DNA of 27,574 bases from Acutalibacteraceae bacterium (GCA_045654425.1 JAZONJ010000152.1:1-27574), one strand, 5' to 3'. Counted from the first letter of the stretch, positions 8,587 to 17,172 are shown. Notes: generated by a model not told the origin, from the letters alone. Numbers and translations: made by a program.

Positions 8587-9282
8587 CTAATCCAAAACCT
8601 CAGTATCACCTGTTAAAAAGGCTATTGTACGCTCAACAGAATCTTTAGAATTGCCCCAATCGGCATTTTCACCCGAATTTCTGTAATCGTACATTCTGCA
8701 ATAATGGTCAAGGTCGTCCTGCAAGCCTTTAAGGGTGGCAGTAGCCTTTTCCTCTAAGGTTTTTACGAAGTCGTCGCCCCAACGCTTCATATTCTTTCGG
8801 TTTGCTCCATTCACAAGCATTGCGTAATGATTAAAGCAATAATAATCCTGATTCCCGAAAAGTTCTCTGAACTCACGATCATTTTCATAGGTACGATAAA
8901 TGGTATCAAGCATGCGTTCAAAACCCCAATTTATCTTTTCACAGACAAAACACGAGTCCATAAGTTCACTAGCTCTTGACGCTCTCTTTGCCGAAGACAC
9001 CAAAAAGCCTGCTTCGGTAACATTTTTTCTAACCTCTGCGGTATGTGTCTGAAGCATAAGCGCTAATGACAGTCTTCCGCGCATTTTAAGCATTCTCTTG
9101 AAATGCTTCCCGCAAAATCCGACCTCATTTGTCGCAATTCTTACATCAGGCTCCATCATAGCGGCTCCCATTATGTATTCAAGTATCCTTTTTTCAACCG
9201 TATCATACATTCGGCATATAGGACACCCGTCGTTTTCTTCAAAGGCGTCACTTATAGGTATTGTGCAAATATCTTCTCTCAT
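8587..9282 (-). CDS. DUF6062-like conserved protein with two CxxC...CxxH modules
   Basis: CPIC...MMEPDVR...GFCGKH and CFVC...YCFNH; C-terminal YDYRN...W. Family name from recollection. Confidence 0.7.
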   Translation of the reverse strand: MREDICTIPISDAFEENDGCPICRMYDTVEKRILEYIMGAAMMEPDVRIATNEVGFCGKHFKRMLKMRGRLSLALMLQTHTAEVRKNVTEAGFLVSSAKRASRASELMDSCFVCEKINWGFERMLDTIYRTYENDREFRELFGNQDYYCFNHYAMLVNGANRKNMKRWGDDFVKTLEEKATATLKGLQDDLDHYCRMYDYRNSGENADWGNSKDSVERTIAFLTGDTEVLD

Positions 9283-9284
9283 GG

Positions 9285-10130
9285 TTATTCTCCAATTTCT
9301 AATTTTGTCATTCTGGCATAGTGGAAGAGATACTGTTGTGCTATTCCGGCGTAAGGCTCGGCAAAATCTGGCAAAGCTCCGTCAAAAAGATTTGCCAAAA
9401 CCCTTTTAATCCATACATCTTTCGGTAAGACATCCACATGACCCATGCCAAAAAGCAAAACACAATCCGCAACCTTCTCACCTACACCGTATATCTTAAC
9501 AAGTTCGGCTCTGGCTTCGTCGCTTTTTAGTTTTGAAATCTTTTCAAGGTCAATCTCTCCCGAAGCGACCTTTTTTGCTGCATCAAGTATATATTTTGCT
9601 CTGAAACCCGACCTCAGCGGAGCTAAGTCCTCTAACGTAAGAGAGGCTATTTTCTCGGCAGATGGAAATGTGTAAAAACCACTTTCAAGTCTTTCTCCAA
9701 AGCTTTCACAAAGTCTCTCGATTATTCCCTTTATCCTCGGAATATTGTTATTCTGCGAAATTATAAAAGAGCAAAGGCACTCCCAAGGCTCCTGACGAAG
9801 CACTCTTATTCCCCCTGCAAACTCCGAAGCCTTTTTAAGGTTTTCATTTTTGCTGATAACTTTTTTAATGTAACTATAATCTCGGTCAAAATCAAAATAA
9901 TCTTTCCAGATTTTCTCGAACTCCGAAGAAGCGGTATTATAGAATGTGAGTTTGTTTCCCTCTTGTCGTATCTTCTTATATTTTCCGAAGGCTACACCCT
10001 CAAAACATCCGTCATCGGTAGCTTTCCATCTAAAAGCCTGACCGCAATCAAGAGTATCCTCTAGACTGAAAATATCTCCATCTAAAACTACCTCAATATT
10101 ATCACTTACCTGAAATACCGAGAGTCTCAT
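9285..10130 (-). CDS. ogg: 8-oxoguanine DNA glycosylase/AP lyase
   Basis: TLDCGQAFRW, GIRVLRQEPWECLCSFIISQNNNIPRIK, HhH YGVGEKVADC, PKDVW and AQQYLF motifs. Confidence 0.95.
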   Translation of the reverse strand: MRLSVFQVSDNIEVVLDGDIFSLEDTLDCGQAFRWKATDDGCFEGVAFGKYKKIRQEGNKLTFYNTASSEFEKIWKDYFDFDRDYSYIKKVISKNENLKKASEFAGGIRVLRQEPWECLCSFIISQNNNIPRIKGIIERLCESFGERLESGFYTFPSAEKIASLTLEDLAPLRSGFRAKYILDAAKKVASGEIDLEKISKLKSDEARAELVKIYGVGEKVADCVLLFGMGHVDVLPKDVWIKRVLANLFDGALPDFAEPYAGIAQQYLFHYARMTKLEIGE

Positions 10131-11305
10131 AATTTTCTCGCCTCAATATAGAAGCGCTTGTCGTCAGCGTGACCCATTGAAAAGGTTTTTCTGGGTAAAG
10201 AGCCATCTGCTGCTACCGCGCTGAAAAGCTCACTCTTTTTCATTCCGTCAAAGATAAATCCAACGGTATTCTCTTTTTCGCAAAGCTTTTTGGTGTCTTC
10301 AACACCGTGAATATAGTCGATTTTTACCTCAGGATTTTTGCTGAGATAATCGTCAAGGAAAGCCTGCAAAGTACCGACTGGAAGCTCGGCGGTAGGAGTT
10401 GCAAATATCGTTTCAGATCCCTCACAAGTCACCACCTCGAACGCATGACCGCACTTATCGGTAAAGCCTACAGCCTTTTCGAATTCAGATAAAAGATGTG
10501 TTTTGTCACAGTTAAACATAACGCGGTATATCGGTTCAAACTCGATTGCCTCATCGTAAATATTAACAATCTCAACAAGTGCGTAGCGGTTTTGCTCTGT
10601 GGGATTCAGACGATAACATTCCTTTGCTGTTGCAAGAGAATGGTTTCCGTCACCTACAGCGTATAAGAATCCGTTATCGACAAGGTTTTCGAGCGCAGAA
10701 TTTACCTTTTCGCAGTCCTCTCCCGAAACCTTGTAACCCTCGATATGTCCACCCTTTTGCATAAGTGCAAAATCGTATATTTTGCAAAGTTCGTTTTTCT
10801 TCGAAGAAAGATATCCGAGAACTTTATTTTCAGGGTCATTTATAAACACCATTACATGCGGAATCTCAAGAGGTGCTCCCTTACGAATTGCAACTCTTGG
10901 CGGAATTCTTTCGGCAACAGTCTGCTCGGTTGCTCTGCAAAGAGCGGTACTGCCGGCATTATAATCATATTCTTCAAGGTCAATCATACCAACAACACCA
11001 CGGCGGATATGGCCGCCTGTAATCTCTCTTTCTACATAAACGAAAGAATCTCCATAGAGCTCAAAAACATCTGATTCAAGATACTCTTTCATCGATGCGT
11101 TGATTTTTTCAACTCTTTGCTCAGTCTCTTCAAGATAAATTTCGGGAAGAATGATATTAAGAGCAGACGGAGAGTCTCCGACAGTTTTCTCAACCTCTTG
11201 CCAATACTCATTATCCGAAGTATATTGATCGCAGGCTATAACAGCCCATTTTTCATAGTCTTTTTTGGGCAAAAGTATGTTTGCAGGATATAAATATTTT
11301 TTCAT
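10127..11305 (-). CDS. DUF1015 family protein
   Basis: KWAVIACDQYTS, RATEQTVAERIPPR, YAVGDGNHSLATAK, DYIHG and LPRKTFSMG motifs. ATGA overlap with ogg. Confidence 0.85.
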   Translation of the reverse strand: MKKYLYPANILLPKKDYEKWAVIACDQYTSDNEYWQEVEKTVGDSPSALNIILPEIYLEETEQRVEKINASMKEYLESDVFELYGDSFVYVEREITGGHIRRGVVGMIDLEEYDYNAGSTALCRATEQTVAERIPPRVAIRKGAPLEIPHVMVFINDPENKVLGYLSSKKNELCKIYDFALMQKGGHIEGYKVSGEDCEKVNSALENLVDNGFLYAVGDGNHSLATAKECYRLNPTEQNRYALVEIVNIYDEAIEFEPIYRVMFNCDKTHLLSEFEKAVGFTDKCGHAFEVVTCEGSETIFATPTAELPVGTLQAFLDDYLSKNPEVKIDYIHGVEDTKKLCEKENTVGFIFDGMKKSELFSAVAADGSLPRKTFSMGHADDKRFYIEARKL

Positions 11306-11323
11306 AAATAATCACCGTTTTCT

Positions 11324-11352
11324 ATTGTAACAAAAAACTCCCTGCATTTCAA
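11324..11352 (-). promoter_or_regulatory. sigmaA-type promoter for the DUF1015-ogg-DUF6062 operon
   Basis: Minus strand TTGAAA (11352-11347), 17 bp, TACAAT (11329-11324) with TGn extension. Confidence 0.6.
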
Positions 11353-11365
11353 TCGGGAGTTTTTT
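11332..11365. terminator. Terminator-like inverted repeat overlapping the promoter
   Basis: AAAAAACTCCC, 12 nt, GGGAGTTTTTT. Confidence 0.6.
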
Positions 11366-11415
11366 AAAATGCAGAATTCAAAATGCAAAGTGCAGAATTA
11401 AGGTGTGCTTCGCAC
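11366..11415. repeat. Degenerate heptamer array followed by a small GC hairpin
   Basis: AAATGCA-GAATTCA-AAATGCA-AAGTGCA-GAATTAA, then GGTGTGCTTCGCACA (TGTGC/GCACA stem). Confidence 0.55.
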
Positions 11416-11461
11416 AAATATATAAAAACTACCAAATAGATCAGATTTTGAGTTGGAATCG

Positions 11462-11570
11462 TTTTCTCCGAAGCGAAGATGTATCATCCAATATACTAAA
11501 TATTGAAAATTTTATGCAGAAATTCTTTTCTCCGCCCGAAGATGTATCGTGTATACCTCGAAGGGCGGAA
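11462..11570. repeat. Two degenerate copies of a ~35-bp motif about 63 bp apart
   Basis: TTTTCTCCG..CGAAGATGTATC...TATAC at 11462-11496 and 11526-11556. The second copy lies inside a TCCGCCC/GGGCGGA hairpin (11531-11569). Confidence 0.65.
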
Positions 11571-11578
11571 AAAGGATT

Positions 11579-11613
11579 AAAAAAGAACCTGCGGTAAACC
11601 GTAGGTTCTTTTT
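11579..11613. terminator. Bidirectional intrinsic terminator downstream of rny
   Basis: AAAAAAGAACCTGCGG-TAAA-CCGTAGGTTCTTTTT. Confidence 0.8.
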
Positions 11614-11631
11614 GTTCTGCTTAAAATTTTC

Positions 11632-13188
11632 TTATTTAGCGAAGTCGACAGCGCGGTTTTCGCGTATAACATTGACTTTAATTTGACCGGGATATTCAAG
11701 CTCATTCTCAATCTTGTTTGCGATATCACGAGCAATAAGTACCATCTGGTCGTCGCTGATAACCTCGGGCTTAACAACGATTCTGACCTCACGACCTGCC
11801 TGAATAGCGAAAGATGTTTCAACGCCATTGAAGGAATTGGCGATTTCCTCAAGTTTTTCAAGACGTTTAATGTAGCTTTCGATATTCTCACGGCGTGCTC
11901 CGGGTCTGGCAGCCGAAATAGCATCTGCAGCCTGAACTATAAAGGCTATTATTGTCTTAGCCTCTACCTCACCATGATGAGCATGGATAGCGTGAATAAT
12001 CTCTTCGTTTTCCTTATACTTCTTGGCTACTTCAACACCGAGCTGAATATGAGTTCCCTCTTGCTCGTGGTCAAGCGCCTTACCGATATCGTGGAGAAGT
12101 CCTGCACGCTTAGCCATGGTAACATCAACGCCAAGTTCTGCAGCAATAATACCAGAAAGGTGGCAAACCTCTAAAGAATGGTTCAGAACGTTCTGACCAT
12201 AGCTTGTACGATAATAGAGTTTACCGAGAAGCTTAACAAGTTCGGGATTGAGGTTATGTATGCCTGTTTCAAGCATAGCACGCTCACCCTCACGCTTGAT
12301 GGTGTTGTTAACGTCATTCTGAGCCTTAGTAACCATCTCTTCAATTCTTGCAGGATGGATTCTTCCGTCTGTAATGAGCTTTTCAAGAGCGATTCTTGCA
12401 ACCTCACGTCTGATGGGGTCAAAGCTCGAAACAGTAATTGCTTCGGGAGTATCGTCAATTATGAGGTCAACACCTGTAGCAGTTTCAAGGGCTCTGATGT
12501 TTCTACCTTCACGGCCGATAATTCTTCCCTTCATTTCATCACTCGGAAGCGGAACTACCGATACGGTTACCTCAGAAGAATGGTCAGCAGCACAGCGCTG
12601 AATAGCGCGGGCAAGAATCTCTCTTGCGATATTTTCCTGCTCATCAATTGTCTTCTGCTCATAATCCTTTACCTTAAGTGCTTTCGCATGGGTAAGCTCA
12701 TCGTCAAGTAACGACAGAAGATAATCCTTAGCCTGTTCCTTTGAATAACCGGAAATACGCTCAAGCATCTCAAGCTGACTGCGTTTAATCTGCTCGGTCT
12801 CTTCAATTTTTGCCTCAACATCTTTTACACGCTGAGCAAGTTTTTCTTCCTTCTGCTCAAGGTTGTCTATTTTCTTGTCAAGGGTCTCTTCCTTCTGCTG
12901 AAGTCTGCGTTCCTGACGCTGAACCTCGCTTCTGCGTTCACGCAGGTCTCTTTCGGTTTCCTGACGAAGCTGATGAACTTCTTCCTTAGCTTCAATCAAG
13001 ACTTCTTTTTTCTTTGCTTCGGCATTTTTGATAGCGTCGCTGAGAATTCTTCTTGATTCTTCTTCGGCAGAGCCAATTGCCTTTTCGGCTTTATTCTTTC
13101 TTACAGCCGAACCGACGAAGAAAAACACAAGTGAAAATGCCACTGCGACGATGCCTAAAATTACATAATATAAAATTCCTTCGGGCAT
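11632..13188 (-). CDS. rny: Ribonuclease Y
   Basis: N-terminal TM, coiled coil, KH domain ([13 protein letters not shown]), HD domain (LNHSLEV...LLHDIGK), [11 protein letters not shown]; AAGGAGGTG RBS. Confidence 0.98.
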   Translation of the reverse strand: MPEGILYYVILGIVAVAFSLVFFFVGSAVRKNKAEKAIGSAEEESRRILSDAIKNAEAKKKEVLIEAKEEVHQLRQETERDLRERRSEVQRQERRLQQKEETLDKKIDNLEQKEEKLAQRVKDVEAKIEETEQIKRSQLEMLERISGYSKEQAKDYLLSLLDDELTHAKALKVKDYEQKTIDEQENIAREILARAIQRCAADHSSEVTVSVVPLPSDEMKGRIIGREGRNIRALETATGVDLIIDDTPEAITVSSFDPIRREVARIALEKLITDGRIHPARIEEMVTKAQNDVNNTIKREGERAMLETGIHNLNPELVKLLGKLYYRTSYGQNVLNHSLEVCHLSGIIAAELGVDVTMAKRAGLLHDIGKALDHEQEGTHIQLGVEVAKKYKENEEIIHAIHAHHGEVEAKTIIAFIVQAADAISAARPGARRENIESYIKRLEKLEEIANSFNGVETSFAIQAGREVRIVVKPEVISDDQMVLIARDIANKIENELEYPGQIKVNVIRENRAVDFAK

Positions 13189-13360
13189 GTAATATGCACC
13201 TCCTTATATATTAAACTGCATTTAGTTTTACGAGGCTGCAGTTTTTTGGCCTCGGTAAAAATTGGATGTTTTTTAAAAACTCCGCCCGCCAAAGCGGAAT
13301 AGACTAAAAAACTGTGGACCGCAAAATTTGACAAAAAATGCCAAATACTACTCTCCCACA
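13189..13360 (-). promoter_or_regulatory. Long (~170 nt) structured 5' leader of rny, including a predicted H-type pseudoknot
   Basis: Lies between the predicted promoter and the ATG. Complementary segments CGAGGC/GCCTCG and AAACTGCA/TGCAGTTT are interleaved. Confidence 0.55.
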
Positions 13361-13366
13361 ATAGAT

Positions 13367-13395
13367 ATAATACCACTATATTTATTGTCTGTCAA
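13367..13395 (-). promoter_or_regulatory. sigmaA-type promoter for rny
   Basis: Minus strand TTGACA (13395-13390), 17 bp, TATTAT (13372-13367) with TGn extension. Confidence 0.75.
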
Positions 13396-13416
13396 GAAAT
13401 ACTATTACAATAAATA

Positions 13417-13440
13417 GTGGCAGGTTGTGTAACCTGCCGC
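13417..13440 (-). terminator. Hairpin downstream of the AraC gene
   Basis: GGCAGGTT-4-AACCTGCC 8-bp stem right after the stop codon, with a weak T-rich tail. Confidence 0.55.
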
Positions 13441-13445
13441 TTCTT

Positions 13446-14267
13446 TCATTTATTGTTTGGATGCTTGCTTGATGGCGCTTCGCCGAAGTTTTTAATATAT
13501 GCTCTGTAAAAGGTTGAGTAATCACCAAACCCACATTCAGCATAGATAGCGGTTGGCTTTGCTCCGTCATTTATAAGACGTCTTGCCATTACAAGTCTTT
13601 TTATCGTAACATACTGTCCCATTGTCGTTCCTGTCGCTTTTTTGAAGATTCTGCAAAGCTGAGGCTTGCTTATATAAAACTTGTCGCAAATTTCATTAAG
13701 GGTAAGTTTTTCGGAGATATGTTTATTCACATATCGTATTATTTTATACTCAAGGCTTTCGCTCTGCTCCTGATTTGCCGCAGTATCCGAGAATACTTTC
13801 GATATTTCATTAAGAAGCAAAAATAAATTTGACACAACATTTAAACGGTCATTAAGACCCGGTGTCATCATATTTTCTATGCAAACCTTATGTATTTCAT
13901 CTTTAAAACGGAAGTTTTTATAAAGATTCAGTTTTCCGGCTTTTCTCTCAAAAAGAGGTCTGAGCAGAGTTCTGTCGGGGTCAATGGAATCGAAAATGCT
14001 AATATCAAAGTTGATAACGGCTCTTTCATAAGGGTAATTATTATCGACAGTAGTATAATGAGACTCCGCAGGTCGGATAAAGAGTATATCTCCGCGTTCG
14101 GGGACATATTCTGTTCCTTCAACATGAAAAACCGTTTTTCCGGCAATAAAATAAAGAATCTCTGCCGTTTCGTGAGTATGCATATAATGTCGTGCAACTT
14201 CAAATTTTTCATTTCGAGGCATTGTTGCACGGACTTTATCATCACAATAAGAAAAATTAATAGCCAT
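13446..14267 (-). CDS. AraC/XylS family transcriptional regulator (cupin sensor + double HTH)
   Basis: HYMHTHETAEILYF cupin motif; ISKPQLCRIFKKATG and CGFGDYSTFYRAY HTH motifs; divergent from the sugar operon. Confidence 0.95.
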   Translation of the reverse strand: MAINFSYCDDKVRATMPRNEKFEVARHYMHTHETAEILYFIAGKTVFHVEGTEYVPERGDILFIRPAESHYTTVDNNYPYERAVINFDISIFDSIDPDRTLLRPLFERKAGKLNLYKNFRFKDEIHKVCIENMMTPGLNDRLNVVSNLFLLLNEISKVFSDTAANQEQSESLEYKIIRYVNKHISEKLTLNEICDKFYISKPQLCRIFKKATGTTMGQYVTIKRLVMARRLINDGAKPTAIYAECGFGDYSTFYRAYIKNFGEAPSSKHPNNK

Positions 14268-14308
14268 TATTTCGCCCCCTTTTTCTGCATTGTAGCACGC
14301 TCGGATAA

Positions 14309-14368
14309 TTTTTGCAATCTTTTTTGCGAATTTTTGTAATTGTATTGCAAATATAAAAAAGGTACATT
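14309..14368 (+). promoter_or_regulatory. Phased TTG(C/T)NA repeats (candidate AraC half-sites) and promoter
   Basis: TTGCAA 14312, TTGCGA 14324, TTGTAA 14334, TTGCAA 14345 (spacing 10-12 bp). Possible TTGTAT-17-TACATT at 14340-14368. Confidence 0.4.
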
Positions 14369-14388
14369 ATATATGGAGGTATATTGCT

Positions 14389-15234
14389 ATGTCATTAAAC
14401 GGTTTTAAATTAGCAGCTTTTGCAGATGAAAGCGACAACAAATTTTCAGGTCAGTTAGATGCGCTTGTTCGAAATGGACTTGACGCTCTCGAAATGAGAA
14501 ATGTTGACGGAAAAAATGTTGTAGCTCTCACCGCAGAAGAGGCTAAAGAATATAAAAAACATCTATCCGACAAAGGTTTATCGGTATGGTCTATCGGTTC
14601 TCCGCTCGGAAAAATTAAGATTACAGACGATTTTGCACCCCACCTTGATTCATTTAAATCAGGCATGGAGATCGGAGGCGTTCTCGGTGCAGAGGCTTGC
14701 AGAATGTTCAGTTTTTATATGCCTGACGGTGAAAATCCTAACGACTATAAAAACGAGGTTATCGACCGACTTGGCAAATTCACTGAGATCGCAAAGGAAT
14801 ATAATATTGTCCTTTGCCATGAGAATGAAAAAGGAATTTACGGAGATATTCCCGAGCGTTGTCTCGAAATACATAAGGCTCTTCCCTCTCTCAAAGCGGT
14901 TTTCGACCCCGCGAATTTTGTTCAGTGTGGTGTTAACACCCTTGAGGCTTGGGATATGCTGAAAGATTATGTATATTACCTACATATAAAAGACTCGAAA
15001 GCTGACGGTGCTATCGTTCCTGCAGGCGTCGGCGACGGTAATGTCAAAAAGATAATTAAGCTTTATAAAGATATGGGCGGTAAGGTGCTGACTCTAGAGC
15101 CGCATCTGTTTGAATTTGACGGGCTGGGCGCCCTTGAAAAAGAAGGGAATACGAGTGAAGTCGGCGGATATAATTTCGCTACAGCCGAAGAGGCTTTCGA
15201 TTATGCCGTCACAGCGCTTAAAAATATTATTTAG
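14389..15234 (+). CDS. Sugar phosphate isomerase/epimerase family protein (xylose-isomerase-like TIM barrel)
   Basis: AFADE N-terminal motif; metal-ligand pattern HENE, FDPAN, HIKD, LEPH; GGAGG RBS. Confidence 0.9.
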   Translation: MSLNGFKLAAFADESDNKFSGQLDALVRNGLDALEMRNVDGKNVVALTAEEAKEYKKHLSDKGLSVWSIGSPLGKIKITDDFAPHLDSFKSGMEIGGVLGAEACRMFSFYMPDGENPNDYKNEVIDRLGKFTEIAKEYNIVLCHENEKGIYGDIPERCLEIHKALPSLKAVFDPANFVQCGVNTLEAWDMLKDYVYYLHIKDSKADGAIVPAGVGDGNVKKIIKLYKDMGGKVLTLEPHLFEFDGLGALEKEGNTSEVGGYNFATAEEAFDYAVTALKNII

Positions 15235-15249
15235 AGGAGAGAAAAATCC

Positions 15250-15990
15250 ATGAAACTCGGAGCACAACTTTATACATTAAGAGAATTTACAAAGAACCCG
15301 GAACAGTTTAGCGAAACTCTCAAAAAAGTAGCAGATATAGGTTATACCGAAGTTCAGGTTTCGGGCACCTGTGATTACGAAGCAGAGTGGCTCAAAACAG
15401 AGCTTGACAAAAACGGACTTTCTTGTGTTATAACACACTTTAAGCCCGACAGAGTTGTTGCCGACCCTGCCGAAGTGGTTAACTTTCACAAGGTGTTTAA
15501 CTGTAACAGAGTCGGAATAGGATTTTTCGACCTACACAATAAACCCGTTGAAGAACTTTGCGATACTATTCTCTGCAAAGCTCCCGAAATTAAAGCGGCC
15601 GGCGGAAAGCTTTACTACCATAACCACGCAGTTGAATTCAAAAAGGTAGACGGCAAGAGAAACATAGACTATATTCTTGAAAGATTTTCACCTGACGAGC
15701 TCGGTATTATAATGGATACATACTGGGTTCAAAAGGGCGGTGCAGATCCTATCGAATGGCTTTATAAACTCGAAGGCAGAGTTGACGCTATTCATTATAA
15801 GGATATGTTCTGGAACGGAGACATGGCTCCCATCGGTGAAGGTAATATGAATTTTGAAGGAATTATCGCCGCTTCCGAAAAGGTTGGAGTCGAACACATT
15901 CTTGTTGAACAGGACAACTGTAACGGCGAGGATCCGTTTGATTGTTTAACACGTAGCTATAGATATCTGACCTCACTCGGTCTTAAATAA
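15250..15990 (+). CDS. Sugar phosphate isomerase/epimerase family protein (xylose-isomerase-like TIM barrel)
   Basis: GAQLYTLR, YYHNHAVEF, MDTYWVQKGG, IHYKD, IGEG and VEQD motifs. Confidence 0.9.
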   Translation: MKLGAQLYTLREFTKNPEQFSETLKKVADIGYTEVQVSGTCDYEAEWLKTELDKNGLSCVITHFKPDRVVADPAEVVNFHKVFNCNRVGIGFFDLHNKPVEELCDTILCKAPEIKAAGGKLYYHNHAVEFKKVDGKRNIDYILERFSPDELGIIMDTYWVQKGGADPIEWLYKLEGRVDAIHYKDMFWNGDMAPIGEGNMNFEGIIAASEKVGVEHILVEQDNCNGEDPFDCLTRSYRYLTSLGLK

Positions 15991-16002
15991 AGGAGATACA
16001 CA

Positions 16003-17172
16003 ATGGAAAAGATTCGTTTAGGTATAATCGGTATCGGAAACATGGGTGCGATTCACTGCAACCACATTTTAAGCGGAAAGTGCCCCGAAATTGAGCTTGT
16101 TGCAGTTGCAGACGTAAAGGAAAGCAGAAGAGAATGGGCAAAGGGAAATCTGCCCGAAAGCGTTGCTGTTTTTGCAACCGCTGAGGAGATGCTTGATTCG
16201 GGCTTTATCAACGGATGTATTGTTGCTGTTCCCCACTATGACCACCCGAAATATGCAATGGAGTGTATGAAGCGGGATATTCACGTTATGGTTGAAAAGC
16301 CTGCGGGTGTGTATACCAAACAGGTCAGAGAAATGAACGAGGAAGCTAAGAAACATAACGCCGCTTTCGGTATGATGTTCAACCAACGCGCTACCGATGT
16401 CTACATAAAGGTTCACGAGCTTGTTCATTCGGGTAAATACGGTCAGATTCGCCGTACAAACTGGATTATTACAAACTGGTACCGTCCTCAGGCTTATTAT
16501 GATTCAGGCGATTGGAGAGCAACCTGGTCGGGAGAAGGCGGTGGCGTTCTTCTTAACCAGTGTCCTCATCAGCTCGACCTCTGGCAGTGGATATGCGGTA
16601 TGCCCGTTAAGGTAATGGCAAAAATCAAATATGGTCAGTGGCACGACATTGAGGTTGATGACGATGTTACGGCTTTTGTTGAATATGAAAATGGTGCTAC
16701 CGGTGTGTTCGTTACCACAACAGGTGACGGAAACGGTTCTAACCGTCTCGAAATTCAGATGGATAAATGTCAGATTATCGTTGACGGAAATGATATAAAG
16801 ATGATAGAATATGATATAAGTGAGCCTGAACACTCAAAGACAAATACAAATCCGTTCGGACCTGTTCCGAAGCACGAGGTCGAGGTTACTCACGAAGGTC
16901 GCGCACCCCATCATCCTGCCGTTCTTAACGCTTGGGCAGACCATATTCTCCACGGCGGTAAGATGATTGCAGAGGGATACGAAGGAATTAACGGACTTAC
17001 ACTTTCTAACGCTATGCACCTTTCCTCATGGCTTGATAAGGAAATTACGCTTCCCCTTGATGAAGACCTTTACTACGAAGAGCTTATGAAGAGGGTTGCA
17101 ACCTCACGTCGCAAGACTAACGTAAAGGAAGTCGTCGCAAACGCAGCAGATACCTTCAGCGGCTCAAAATAA
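16003..17172 (+). CDS. Gfo/Idh/MocA family NAD-dependent oxidoreductase
   Basis: GIIGIGNMG, VPHYDH, VEKP and WRATWSGEGGGVLLNQCPHQLD motifs. Confidence 0.93.
   Translation: MEKIRLGIIGIGNMGAIHCNHILSGKCPEIELVAVADVKESRREWAKGNLPESVAVFATAEEMLDSGFINGCIVAVPHYDHPKYAMECMKRDIHVMVEKPAGVYTKQVREMNEEAKKHNAAFGMMFNQRATDVYIKVHELVHSGKYGQIRRTNWIITNWYRPQAYYDSGDWRATWSGEGGGVLLNQCPHQLDLWQWICGMPVKVMAKIKYGQWHDIEVDDDVTAFVEYENGATGVFVTTTGDGNGSNRLEIQMDKCQIIVDGNDIKMIEYDISEPEHSKTNTNPFGPVPKHEVEVTHEGRAPHHPAVLNAWADHILHGGKMIAEGYEGINGLTLSNAMHLSSWLDKEITLPLDEDLYYEELMKRVATSRRKTNVKEVVANAADTFSGSK

Noticed and set aside
11462-11556. Repeat-spacer-repeat pattern as a mini CRISPR array
   Set aside because: Only two degenerate copies with internal mismatches, and no cas genes or leader in the window.
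11403-11597. 64-aa ORF with repeated EDVS in the rny-DUF1015 intergenic region
   Set aside because: No properly spaced RBS; the peptide repeat simply reflects the DNA repeat, and the ORF runs into a terminator.
11683-12711. Two consecutive plus-strand ORFs (163 and 177 aa) antisense to rny
   Set aside because: Same-frame shadow of rny, with no RBS or promoter and no protein-like motifs.
13345-13357. GGAGAGTAG at the start of the rny leader resembles the 5' end of THF riboswitches
   Set aside because: The other THF core elements (CGUUAAGUG, GGGAUG, ACGAA) are absent, and rny is not a folate gene.
13189-13360. Possible 6S RNA upstream of rny, an arrangement seen in some phyla
   Set aside because: I could not pair the region into a long rod with a central bubble; only local hairpins and the pseudoknot are visible. 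A cmscan would settle it.
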